Made by a program: the position numbers and the translations under genes | Notes under the pieces: model-generated | Told to the model about the DNA's origin: nothing | The model's input: the letters and a program-made list of their open reading frames with translations, nothing else | Databases searched by the model: none | Origin: Deltaproteobacteria bacterium | Lineage (GTDB): Bacteria > Bdellovibrionota > JACOXK01 | Direction: 5' to 3' | Length of the DNA stretch: 64,000 nt | Assembly: GCA_016186995.1 (NCBI GenBank) | Contig: JACPKQ010000016.1 | Span: 5,627-69,626 of the forward strand | In this document: positions 17,857 to 26,827 of the stretch, in pieces | How positions within the stretch are numbered: the first letter of the stretch is position 1 | Layout: each line of letters opens with the position of its first letter

Positions 17857-19611
17857 ATGAAAAAAGAGTCTCTTCTTAAAAATCTGTGGCCTTTATTGGT
17901 AAAAAACAAAAAATCCTATTTTGCTGGCATTTTCTTTTTGGTTACAACCGTTGTTTTAAGTGTTCGCATTCCTTATTTTCTTAAAGAAGCTATTGATGCT
18001 ATTCGTATTCAAGACAGTACAACTATCCAAAAAATGGCTTTTCTTATCATAGGCGCTTCTTTTATCTTTTCCATAACACGTGTGTTTTCTAGAATTCTCA
18101 TGTTCAATCCAGGAAGACGAATTGAGTATGAAATTAGAAATAAATTTTTCGAAAAACTTTTGAATTCACCCCTTAAATATTTTCAAACAACAAGCATTGG
18201 TGATCTTATGTCACGTGCCACCAATGATCTTCATTCATTTAGAGCCATGATTGGTTTTGCAGGGTTAGGGCTTTTCAATGCTGTTCTTACTTTTGCTTTT
18301 GTTTTAGTTTCTATGTTTAGTTTAAGTTGGAAGCTAACATTGGTTTGTATTATTCCATTTCCTATTCTTATTTATGGTCTTAAAAACATTATTAAAAAAT
18401 TCTATCTCTATGCCAATGCATGCCAAGAAGGAATGGCAGATTTAAGCACAAAAGTTCAAGAAAACTTTAATGGTATTCATGTTATTAAGTCTTATGTTCA
18501 AGAACATAACAAATATGAAGACTTTAAAAAACTGAATCAACAATATTTCTCAGATTGTTTAAGACTAGCCAAAGTTGAAAGTGTCATCTTTCCCCTTTTT
18601 AGAGATCTCCCAAATCTCATACTACCTCTTATTCTTGTAACAGGTGGTTATTCTATTATTGGTGGGAACCTTTCTTTAGGAACTCTTGCTGCTTTTGTGA
18701 TTTATCTCAAACAACTTGCAAACCCAACCATGACTTTTGGATGGGTTATTAACATTTTACAACGCGGAAGAAGTGCCTTTCATCGCATTATAGAAGTCAT
18801 TCACGCCCCCATTGAACTAGAAAATACTCAAACTCAAAACCCTATTGTAGGAGAAGTTGAATTTCAAAATGTGAGTTTTCGCTACTTAGAAAATCAGGAA
18901 AACATTCTTGAGAATATTTCTTTTAAACTCAAACCAGGACAATCATTGGGCATTCTTGGAAAAACAGGGGCTGGTAAATCAACCCTTGTAAACCTTTTAA
19001 TGAGAAATGAAAAACCCGTATCTGGAAATGTTCTTTTAGATGGAAAACCCATTGACCACTATGCTTTAAAAGCTTTGAGAGATTCTATAGGCTACGTACC
19101 TCAGTCCTCGTTTCTCTTTTCAAAAACGCTTAGGGAAAATATTTATTTTGGGCTCAAAGAAGAAAATGAAAATGAAAATCTTTTAAACAAAGCCATCCAG
19201 AAAAGCCACTTGGCATATGATCTTGACCAGCTCTATCAAGGTGTACAAACAGTTGTTGGGGAAAAAGGAGTTACTCTTTCAGGAGGACAAAAACAGAGAA
19301 CAGCCATATCACGTGCCATCATTGGAAGCCACCAAATTTATATTTTTGATGACGCTTTTTCTTCTGTAGACCATGAAACAGAAGAAGAAATTTTAAAAAA
19401 TCTAAAAGATATCTTTCATGATAAAATCTGTATTTTTATTTCTCATAGAATTTCAACCTTAAAACTGTGTGACAAAATTATTTATCTTAAACAAGGTGGT
19501 ATTTCTGAAAGAGGCACCCATGAAGAACTGTTAGAAAATAAAAAAGATTATTTTAGAACTTTTACACTACAGAATTTGGATGGGCTGGATCCTTCGATAG
19601 GCTCTGGATGA
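17857..19611 (+). CDS. ABC exporter, fused permease-ATPase (half transporter 1)
   Basis: Six-TM N-terminal domain, Walker A GKTGAGKST, signature LSGGQKQR, Walker B IYIFDDAFS. Confidence 0.85.
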   Translation: MKKESLLKNLWPLLVKNKKSYFAGIFFLVTTVVLSVRIPYFLKEAIDAIRIQDSTTIQKMAFLIIGASFIFSITRVFSRILMFNPGRRIEYEIRNKFFEKLLNSPLKYFQTTSIGDLMSRATNDLHSFRAMIGFAGLGLFNAVLTFAFVLVSMFSLSWKLTLVCIIPFPILIYGLKNIIKKFYLYANACQEGMADLSTKVQENFNGIHVIKSYVQEHNKYEDFKKLNQQYFSDCLRLAKVESVIFPLFRDLPNLILPLILVTGGYSIIGGNLSLGTLAAFVIYLKQLANPTMTFGWVINILQRGRSAFHRIIEVIHAPIELENTQTQNPIVGEVEFQNVSFRYLENQENILENISFKLKPGQSLGILGKTGAGKSTLVNLLMRNEKPVSGNVLLDGKPIDHYALKALRDSIGYVPQSSFLFSKTLRENIYFGLKEENENENLLNKAIQKSHLAYDLDQLYQGVQTVVGEKGVTLSGGQKQRTAISRAIIGSHQIYIFDDAFSSVDHETEEEILKNLKDIFHDKICIFISHRISTLKLCDKIIYLKQGGISERGTHEELLENKKDYFRTFTLQNLDGLDPSIGSG

Positions 19612-19633
19612 CAGGGAACAAATGAATCCATGA

Positions 19634-19707
19634 GAGAATTGGGGCGCTGTTTTTTGCGCACGTTTAGGAGCAAAAAATATGCCCCCAATTCAGAAGCAAG
19701 GTTGTAT
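19634..19707. repeat. 74-bp hairpin repeat (copy 2), inverted relative to 12511..12586
   Basis: Exact reverse complement of the 12511..12586 element. Confidence 0.8.
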
Positions 19708-19715
19708 TTAAAATA

Positions 19716-19770
19716 CTGGATTCCCGCCTCCGCGGGAATGACAGAAGGGGCCTGCAGGGATGACAGAGGA
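19716..19770. repeat. palindromic element 'ctggattcccgcctccgcgggaatgacagaa...gggatgacagagg'
   Basis: Perfect palindrome ggattcccg/cgggaatcc around a short loop. Same family as 1835..1893, 31145..31173 and 37839..37894, and related to the cores of 50204..50362 and 54170..54335. Confidence 0.7.
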
Positions 19771-19773
19771 TTT

Positions 19774-21537
19774 ATGAGTATGAGCGAAAATAAAAACTTT
19801 CTCACAGATAAAAAAAAAAAAAAAAAATTTTGGGGGTTTTTAAAACCCTATAAAAAAACTATATTCTTAAGTCTTGCCCTTATCTTTTGCATTGCAAGTT
19901 TAGGGCTGATTCAACCCCTTCTTATTAAGAAAGCGATTGATGATTACATAGCACACAAGGACGTATCAAGCCTTCTTGTGGTTTCCTCTACACTTTTGCT
20001 TGTGATCGGGGTCGAATACGGTCTTCGTTGTATGCAAGTTTTTCTCATGCAAAAAACTGGAGAAGAAACAATTCGAGATATCCGCAATGCACTTTATGCA
20101 CACATTCAAAGTCTCAAAACAGATTTTTTCTCAAAACAACCTATTGGACGCCTTGTCACCCGATGCACAACAGACATTGAAGCCCTTACAGAAATGTTTA
20201 CCTCAGGGCTTGTCGCTATCCTTGCCGATCTTTTTATGATTATAGGTATTGTTTTTATGCTTTTTTATCTGAGTCCTCAAATGACTCTGGCGAGTTTTCT
20301 TGTACTTCCCTTTCTTGTTATAGCAGCCCTTTATTTTCAAAAAAAGATGCGCTCTGCTTTTAGAAACATTCGAAAATACGTTGGAAATTTAAATGGATAT
20401 CTTCAAGAAAACCTAAATGGCATGGATGTTGTGCAGACCTTTAATCAAGAAGAACAAGCCTTTAAAGAGTTTAATGATCTCAACTTTAAAATTATGGGCT
20501 TTCACTTTCAAAATATTACCTATGACGCCATTCTTTACTCTATTGTTGAAGCCTTAAGTGCTATTACAATGGGGTTGATCATTTGGTTTAGTTCTGGAAG
20601 TCTTATTCAAGGGTTGATTACTGCAGGAACTCTTGTTGCTTTTATAGAATATATTCAAAGGTTTTTTATTCCTATTCGAGACTTGTCACAAAAATATGCC
20701 ATTATGCAATCAGGTTTGGCCTCCCTTGAAAGAATTTTTGCTCTTCTTGAAACAAAAGAGTTGATTCCTGTTTCTGCACAAGCTTTGATTCCTCACAAAG
20801 TAGAAGGATACATAGAATTTAAAAATATTTCTTTTTCTTACAAAGAAAATGAGCCTGTTTTAAAAAACGTTTCTTTCAAAATACAAAATGGTGAAAAAGT
20901 AGCCTTTGTAGGCCCTACAGGAAGTGGTAAATCAACCATTATGAAACTGATCACACGCCTTTATGATGTTAACGATGGGGAAATTTTGCTTGATGGTATT
21001 GATGTTCGAAACTTAAATCTAAAGTTTTTAAGAAAAAATGTGTGCCTTGTTTCTCAAGACTTTTTCATTTTTTCTGGAAGTGTTTCAGAAAATGTAAGTT
21101 TAGGAGATCCTTCTATTACAAAAGAAAACGTTATAGAAGCCTGTAAGGCTGTTGGTATTCATGAATTTATTCTTTCACTTACGCAAGGGTATGGCACAAA
21201 ATTAGCCGAAAAAGGAAGTAATATTTCTGTGGGCCAACGACAACTCATTTCTTTTGCAAGGGCTTTTGCCTTTAACCCGAAAGTACTTATTTTGGATGAA
21301 GCCACATCTAATATTGATACCCATACAGAAATTTTGATTCAAAAAGCTTTGGAAAAATTGATTGAAGGAAGAACGTCCATGATTATTGCACACCGCCTTT
21401 CAACCATTAGAAATGTAGACCGTATTTTTGTTCTTCATAAGGGAAAAATTATTGAAAATGGATCTCATGAACAACTAGTCAGAGAAAAAGGGCTTTATCA
21501 CAAACTTTATTCACTTCAATTCCAACCTCATTTATAA
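19774..21537 (+). CDS. ABC exporter, fused permease-ATPase (half transporter 2), A18 tract in codons 12-18
   Basis: Start chosen at MSMSENKNFLTDKKKKKKFWGFLKPYKK. The upstream part of the ORF (from 19630) is a translation of the repeats. Walker A GPTGSGKST, signature VGQRQL, Walker B LILDEATS. Confidence 0.8.
   Translation: MSMSENKNFLTDKKKKKKFWGFLKPYKKTIFLSLALIFCIASLGLIQPLLIKKAIDDYIAHKDVSSLLVVSSTLLLVIGVEYGLRCMQVFLMQKTGEETIRDIRNALYAHIQSLKTDFFSKQPIGRLVTRCTTDIEALTEMFTSGLVAILADLFMIIGIVFMLFYLSPQMTLASFLVLPFLVIAALYFQKKMRSAFRNIRKYVGNLNGYLQENLNGMDVVQTFNQEEQAFKEFNDLNFKIMGFHFQNITYDAILYSIVEALSAITMGLIIWFSSGSLIQGLITAGTLVAFIEYIQRFFIPIRDLSQKYAIMQSGLASLERIFALLETKELIPVSAQALIPHKVEGYIEFKNISFSYKENEPVLKNVSFKIQNGEKVAFVGPTGSGKSTIMKLITRLYDVNDGEILLDGIDVRNLNLKFLRKNVCLVSQDFFIFSGSVSENVSLGDPSITKENVIEACKAVGIHEFILSLTQGYGTKLAEKGSNISVGQRQLISFARAFAFNPKVLILDEATSNIDTHTEILIQKALEKLIEGRTSMIIAHRLSTIRNVDRIFVLHKGKIIENGSHEQLVREKGLYHKLYSLQFQPHL
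19810..19827 (+). repeat. A18 homopolymer inside coding sequence (encodes KKKKKK)
   Basis: gat(a)18ttttggggg read directly from the sequence. Confidence 0.9.
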
Positions 21538-21624
21538 TGGATTGTGTTCAAAAATTCAGACTTTTTGAACACTACCTTTAATGGTTCATTGGACAACTCT
21601 TTTTGTGCCTGGCATTCTCATGCC

Positions 21625-22356
21625 ATGTCGCAAACACTTATACTTCTTCTAACAGCATTAATAACCTCTATCCTTTCAGGTGCGCTTGGAATGGGTGGAG
21701 GCATCCTTCTTTTTGCTGTGATGGCTCAGTACTTTCCTTTACAAATATTAGTTCCTCTTCATGGGCTCATTCAGTTAGGAAGTAATACTTCTAGGGTTAT
21801 TTACAGCTATAAATCTGTAAATCGAGGTTTAACCTTGCAATTTGCTCTAGGAGCACTTTTTGGGGCTGCCTTAGGTTCTCAATTTGTTATTCAAGTTCCA
21901 GAAAATTTTTATAAAATTGGTTTAGGATTTTTTATTTTGATTATTACTTTCTTAAATCTTCCTAAACCGAAGAAAAAATTTTTTCTAAAATGGCCCATAT
22001 TAGGAAGTATAGCTACTTTTTTAAGCCTTTTTGTAGGTGCGACAGGGCCATTACTTGCCCCCTACTACCTTTCAGAAAAGCTAAAAAGAGAAACACTTGT
22101 GGCAACCAAAGCTGCATGCCAAATTTTTATTCATCTTCTTAAAGTTATCACATTCTTTCTATTAGGCTTTGTTGTTAGCCCTCACCTTTTACTTCTTAGT
22201 GGTATGCTCATTATGGTTTTTATCGGAAACTACTTGGGTAAAATCATTCTTCATCGAATTTCAGAAAAATCTTTCGTTTGGTTATTTAAAGTGCTCATTA
22301 TTCTGCTTTCTCTAAGAATGATTTTTCAAGGGTTCTCAAATATATTTGCAAAATAA
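21625..22356 (+). CDS. TauE/SafE (TSUP) family membrane transporter
   Basis: MSQTLILLLTALITSILSGALGMGGGILLFAVMAQYF is the canonical TSUP N-terminus. A second half-repeat follows at ATFLSLFVGATGPLLAPYYL. Confidence 0.7.
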   Translation: MSQTLILLLTALITSILSGALGMGGGILLFAVMAQYFPLQILVPLHGLIQLGSNTSRVIYSYKSVNRGLTLQFALGALFGAALGSQFVIQVPENFYKIGLGFFILIITFLNLPKPKKKFFLKWPILGSIATFLSLFVGATGPLLAPYYLSEKLKRETLVATKAACQIFIHLLKVITFFLLGFVVSPHLLLLSGMLIMVFIGNYLGKIILHRISEKSFVWLFKVLIILLSLRMIFQGFSNIFAK

Positions 22357-22461
22357 ATAACCAAAATTCTGGTTTGAACTTTTCATTTCCCTATCGTTCG
22401 TTGACAAGAAAATGGGCCCTTGATACGACTTCGTAAGTACTTTTAATTCCCAAGGAATTTT

Positions 22462-22857
22462 ATGTTTGAAGACTTCGCACACGTTCTTATTATGCTCATC
22501 GTAGGGGTTGTTTTTGTACCCTTAACATTGTTTGTAGGAAAGTTTGTCCGACCTCATAACCCTTATGCAGAAAAAGAGACAACTTATGAATGTGGAGAGG
22601 AACCACAAGGAAGTGCTTGGGTTCAATTTAACCTTCGATTTTATACCATTGCCATTCTTTTCATTATTTTTGAAGTTGAAGTAGCTCTGATATTTCCTGT
22701 TATTGCTGTATTTAGAGAAAAAGCATCTCAATCAACATGGGATACAGGGCTTTTAGTTTTTATAGAAATTCTTGTTTTTGTTCTTATATTAGTCTTAGGG
22801 CTTATCTACGCCTGGGTCAAAAAGGATCTTAACTGGATTAAAAAACTGACAACTTAA
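22462..22857 (+). CDS. nuoA: NADH-quinone oxidoreductase subunit A (cluster 1)
   Basis: YECGEEPQGSAWVQFNLRFYTIAILFIIFEVEVALIFP is the NuoA/ND3 signature. Confidence 0.85.
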   Translation: MFEDFAHVLIMLIVGVVFVPLTLFVGKFVRPHNPYAEKETTYECGEEPQGSAWVQFNLRFYTIAILFIIFEVEVALIFPVIAVFREKASQSTWDTGLLVFIEILVFVLILVLGLIYAWVKKDLNWIKKLTT

Positions 22858-22859
22858 TT

Positions 22860-23862
22860 ATGGAAACACTTGCAGGTTTTTTAGCAGAACTCACAAACAA
22901 TGTGCTTCCCTTTTGGGCTTATAGTCTCATTGCCATTCTACTTATTTTGGGTGTTGTGGCTCTTCCATTTGCAGGCATTGCCACTTATCTGGAAAGAAAG
23001 GTTTCGGCTGATATTCAAGCACGCATTGGCCCCAATCGTGTGGGCCCCTTTTATTCTTGCCCCCATGATTGTTATTGTAGGAAGTTTCGCTTCTTTTGTT
23101 GTTATTCCTTTTTCAGAAAAAATTATTATTTCAGATTTAAACATCGGTTTTCTTTATCTTCTTGCGATGGGTTCTCTTGTAGGGTTGGGTATTATTATGG
23201 GAGGTTGGGCCTCTAACAACAAATGGTCTCTTTTAGGCGGAATGCGTTCTGCAGCCCAAGTTATTTCTTATGAAATACCAAGTGCTTTAGCAGGCCTTTC
23301 AGTTGTGCTTGTTTCTGGAAGTTTGAGTTTTGGAACAATTGTAAGAGAGCAATCTCACTTGAACTGGTATATTTTTCATAATCCTTTTCTTTTTATCAAT
23401 TTTTTTATTTTTTTCACTGCTGCTTTAGCCGAAGTCAATCGAACACCCTTTGATATTCCAGAAGCAGAATCAGAACTTGTTGGAGGGTTCCATACAGAAT
23501 ATTCAGGTATGCGTTTTGCTATTTTCTTTATGGCAGAATACGCTGATATTTTTGTCATTTGTGCTATTTCTTCTGCTCTCTTTTTAGGTGGATGGTACTT
23601 ACCTTTCATTCCACTTGATGCTCTTTCTACAAACTTAAAAGTTTTTGTTCAGTTTTTTGTTGTCACTACAAAGACCCTCATTCTTTTTTATGTTGTCATG
23701 TGGTTAAGATGGACTTTGCCACGATATCGTGTGGATCAGCTGCTTGCTATTTGCTGGAAGTTTTTAACCCCACTTGCTTTTACAATGTTGATCTTTACAG
23801 CTCTTTGGGTTCTTGTTTTTCAAGGACGTGGGCTTGTACAAATGATTCAGGAGTTATTTTAA
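22860..23862 (+). pseudogene. nuoH: NADH-quinone oxidoreductase subunit H (cluster 1), disrupted by an out-of-frame internal deletion
   Basis: Frame 1 reads METLAGF...ARIGPNRVGPF and then degenerates. The NuoH sequence resumes in another frame (ORF 22900..23862: ...FILAPMIVIVGSFASFVVIPF...GGWASNNKWSLLGGMRSAAQVISYEI...). Relative to the intact copy at 32452, about 28 codons (LGLFQPIADGIKF...KILF) are missing at ~23046. Confidence 0.6.
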
Positions 23863-23863
23863 A

Positions 23864-24358
23864 ATGACAGATATTATTTTGCTCATTTTTGGCTTAATAA
23901 CCGTAGTTTCAGCTGCTCTCGCTGTTTTTCATCCTCACATTGTTTATGCAGCCTTTTCCCTCATGCTTACTTTTTTTGGAGTGGCTGGACTTTATGTTTT
24001 TTTACAAGCAGATTTTGTAGCTGGGGTTCAGGTGCTTATTTATGTAGGTGGCATTCTCATCCTTTTTCTTTTTGCCATTATGCTTTCCCATAAACTTTTT
24101 GGAAGTCCCCTTAGGGATTTACAAAAAAAATTGATTCCTGCTCTTGGCTTAAGCCTCCCCATTTTTTTTATTATTGCTTATGTGATTTTTTCAACAAATT
24201 GGAATCTTGTTTCTCAAACAGGACAAAATGAAACTGTTTCAAGTTTAGGGCATTTAATCCTTGATCAATATATTTTACCCTTTGAACTTGCCTCCATTCT
24301 TCTTTTAGGGGCCCTCATAGGGGCTGTGTATTTAGTGAGGTCTTCAGATGATAAATAA
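23864..24358 (+). CDS. nuoJ: NADH-quinone oxidoreductase subunit J (cluster 1)
   Basis: 164-aa hydrophobic protein; position and ...VQVLIYVGGILILFLFAIML match NuoJ/ND6. Confidence 0.75.
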   Translation: MTDIILLIFGLITVVSAALAVFHPHIVYAAFSLMLTFFGVAGLYVFLQADFVAGVQVLIYVGGILILFLFAIMLSHKLFGSPLRDLQKKLIPALGLSLPIFFIIAYVIFSTNWNLVSQTGQNETVSSLGHLILDQYILPFELASILLLGALIGAVYLVRSSDDK

Positions 24359-24656
24359 TCTTTATTTCTTCCTTACTATAAGTGCTCTTCTCTTCAGCTT
24401 GGGTATTACCGCTATTTTTTATAGAAAAAATATTATCGCAATTCTTATTGGGGTGGAACTTGTTCTTAATGCAGCTTCTTTAAATTTTGTCGCTTTTTCA
24501 AGATTTACACAATCTCATCTTCATGGCCAAGTCTTTGCTTTATTTATTATTATCATTGCAGCTGCTGAAGCAGCCGTTGCACTGGCTATTGTTTTAAGAC
24601 TTTTTCAAACAAAAGAAACCATTGATGTGGAGGAAGCAAACGCGCTTAGAAATTAA
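24348..24656 (+). CDS. nuoK: NADH-quinone oxidoreductase subunit K (cluster 1)
   Basis: 102 aa; ILIGVELVLNAASLNFVAF...IIIAAAEAAVALAIVL is the NuoK/ND4L signature. Confidence 0.85.
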   Translation: MINNLYFFLTISALLFSLGITAIFYRKNIIAILIGVELVLNAASLNFVAFSRFTQSHLHGQVFALFIIIIAAAEAAVALAIVLRLFQTKETIDVEEANALRN

Positions 24657-26818
24657 TGGACATGATCAAACTTTCATTACTTATCGTAACTCTTCCACTC
24701 ATAGCTTTCACCATTCAAATTCTTGTGGGTAAGCGCCTACCTCGAGATGGAGATTTTATTTCTCTTGCAAGTATTTTTGTTTCTTGGATTTTATCCCTTA
24801 AGCTTTTGTGGAATGCTTTTTCTCTTTATGATCCACAACTTAAAATCACAAAAGAATGGCTTTGGTTTGATTTGGCGCGGTTTTCAAGTGATTTAGACAT
24901 TTTTGCTTTAAAACTTCCTGTGGGCATTCTTTTAGATAATGTTTCAATTCTTATGCTTGTGGTTGTGACAACGGTCAGTTTTCTTGTGCACTTTTATTCA
25001 ATAGGTTATATGAAGGGTGACGCTCATTATTCACGATTTTTTGCCTATCTTTCTCTGTTTTCTTTTTCCATGCTTGGGCTGGTACTGACAGACAATCTTT
25101 TTGTTCTTTATATTTTTTGGGAGCTTGTTGGGGTGTGCTCTTATCTTTTGATTGGTTTTTGGTTTGAAAAGAGAAGTGCTGCTAATGCTTGTAAGAAGGC
25201 TTTTTTAACAACACGTGTGGGAGATATTGGCCTGTTCATTGGTATCATGATGGTCTTCACCACATTAGGAAGTGTTTCTTATTCCTCAATCTTTGAAGCG
25301 AAAGCTTCCGGGCTTTTTTCTGGTGTTTTCGGAACGATTGCCGGGCTTTGTATTTTTATGGGTGCTGTTGGGAAAAGTGCTCAGTTCCCACTTCACATTT
25401 GGTTACCTGATGCCATGGAAGGCCCAACACCGGTAAGCGCTCTTATTCACGCTGCCACCATGGTTGCCGCTGGTGTTTATCTTGTGGTTCGTCTTTTTGT
25501 CTTTTTTACTCCCGATGCGCTTCTCACAATCGCTTATGTGGGTGGATTCACCGCTTTGTTCGCCGCCACGATGGCTCTAACCCATCAAGATATAAAAAAA
25601 GTTTTAGCTTATTCAACTGTTTCCCAATTAGGGCTTATGATGCTCGCCTTAGGTGTGGGTGCCTACACAGCGGGTTTCTTCCATCTTGTGACTCACGCTT
25701 CTTTTAAAGCTTGTCTCTTCCTTGTTTCAGGAAGCGTGATTCATGCTCTTCATGGTGAACAAAATCTTTTTAAAATGGGTGGGCTTCGGAAAAAAATGCC
25801 CCTTACCTTTGGAACGTGCCTTATAGCAACACTTGCTATTGCAGGAGTTCCTTTATTTTCAGGTTTTGTGAGTAAAGATCAAATTTTAGCAGGCACTCTC
25901 TCTTTTGCTTATAACCATCCTCCACATTCTCTTCTTGCTTTTTTCGGTTTTGGGGCTTCGGCTCTTACAGCTTTTTATATGTTTCGGTTACTCTTTCTAA
26001 CTTTTTTTGGAAAACCACGCGATGAAAAACTTTATTCTCATGCACATGAATCATCTTTTGTAATAACACTTCCCCTTATTATTTTAGCTATTCTAAGTTT
26101 GGGGTTTATCTACGAAAAACAAAATTGGTTTGAACACCTTATTCAAAAGCCTCAACTCATTGCTATAAAATCAAGTGTTGTTGTGGCACCTAATTCCGAG
26201 ACACTACCTATTTTTAAAAAAATCAAAGAAAAAACAAAAGAGAATGTGGATCCTTCGGCTACGCCTCAGGATGACAGAGAGGTTCTCGGGGATGACGTAA
26301 AAGATCAACCACAAGTTGCCTATGTTGAGCCTCATAAAACAGAAAATGAAAAGAAAGCACACACACAAGCTATGGTTGCCTCTGTATTCTTTGCCTTTTT
26401 TTCTATTTTCTTAGCATGGCTCTTTTACATTCAAAGAGTTATAGATCCGGAAAAAGTTTCAGAAAAATATAAATCTGTTTATAATACATTAGTAAATCTT
26501 TATTGGATTGATGAGGCTTATCAATTTCTTTTTATTGGACCACTTATTAAAATAAACAATTTTCTCTATAAAAAAATAGATTCAGAAATTATTGACCAAG
26601 GGTTTATCGATAGGAGCGCTTTAATCACCGTCAAAACAGCACACGCGCAAGGCGATTTTGATAATACTGTCATTGACCGTGGTGTTGATGGCACAGCCCA
26701 CACTGTGTTTTCGGGGGGACTAAAACTTGTTCGAATCCAAACAGGCCAAGTTCAAGATTATCTTAAGATTGGTTTAGGTCTTGTGATTATTTTACTGATT
26801 GCATTTATACTGATGTAG
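24656..26818 (+). CDS. nuoL: NADH-quinone oxidoreductase subunit L (cluster 1), with ~100-aa charged insertion
   Basis: WLPDAMEGPTPVSALIHAATMVAAGVYL is the antiporter-like core. 720 aa versus 625 aa for the cluster-2 copy. The extra low-complexity segment KKIKEKTKENVDPSATPQDDREVLGDDVKDQPQVAYVEPHKTENEKK lies before the C-terminal helix. Confidence 0.85.
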   Translation: MDMIKLSLLIVTLPLIAFTIQILVGKRLPRDGDFISLASIFVSWILSLKLLWNAFSLYDPQLKITKEWLWFDLARFSSDLDIFALKLPVGILLDNVSILMLVVVTTVSFLVHFYSIGYMKGDAHYSRFFAYLSLFSFSMLGLVLTDNLFVLYIFWELVGVCSYLLIGFWFEKRSAANACKKAFLTTRVGDIGLFIGIMMVFTTLGSVSYSSIFEAKASGLFSGVFGTIAGLCIFMGAVGKSAQFPLHIWLPDAMEGPTPVSALIHAATMVAAGVYLVVRLFVFFTPDALLTIAYVGGFTALFAATMALTHQDIKKVLAYSTVSQLGLMMLALGVGAYTAGFFHLVTHASFKACLFLVSGSVIHALHGEQNLFKMGGLRKKMPLTFGTCLIATLAIAGVPLFSGFVSKDQILAGTLSFAYNHPPHSLLAFFGFGASALTAFYMFRLLFLTFFGKPRDEKLYSHAHESSFVITLPLIILAILSLGFIYEKQNWFEHLIQKPQLIAIKSSVVVAPNSETLPIFKKIKEKTKENVDPSATPQDDREVLGDDVKDQPQVAYVEPHKTENEKKAHTQAMVASVFFAFFSIFLAWLFYIQRVIDPEKVSEKYKSVYNTLVNLYWIDEAYQFLFIGPLIKINNFLYKKIDSEIIDQGFIDRSALITVKTAHAQGDFDNTVIDRGVDGTAHTVFSGGLKLVRIQTGQVQDYLKIGLGLVIILLIAFILM

Positions 26819-26827
26819 GAGGACTTT

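Noticed and set aside
19630-19773. Long N-terminal extension of the second ABC exporter ORF
   Set aside because: This stretch is a translation of the 74-bp hairpin repeat and the ggattcccg palindrome (…IPASAGMTEG…). The conserved exporter N-terminus begins at the Met codons at 19774/19780.
22900-23862. Independent 320-aa ORF annotated in the ORF track
   Set aside because: It is the downstream portion of nuoH-1 in a shifted frame, not a separate gene. Its apparent N-terminus (MCFPFGLIVSLPFY…) is out-of-frame translation of the true NuoH N-terminal region.
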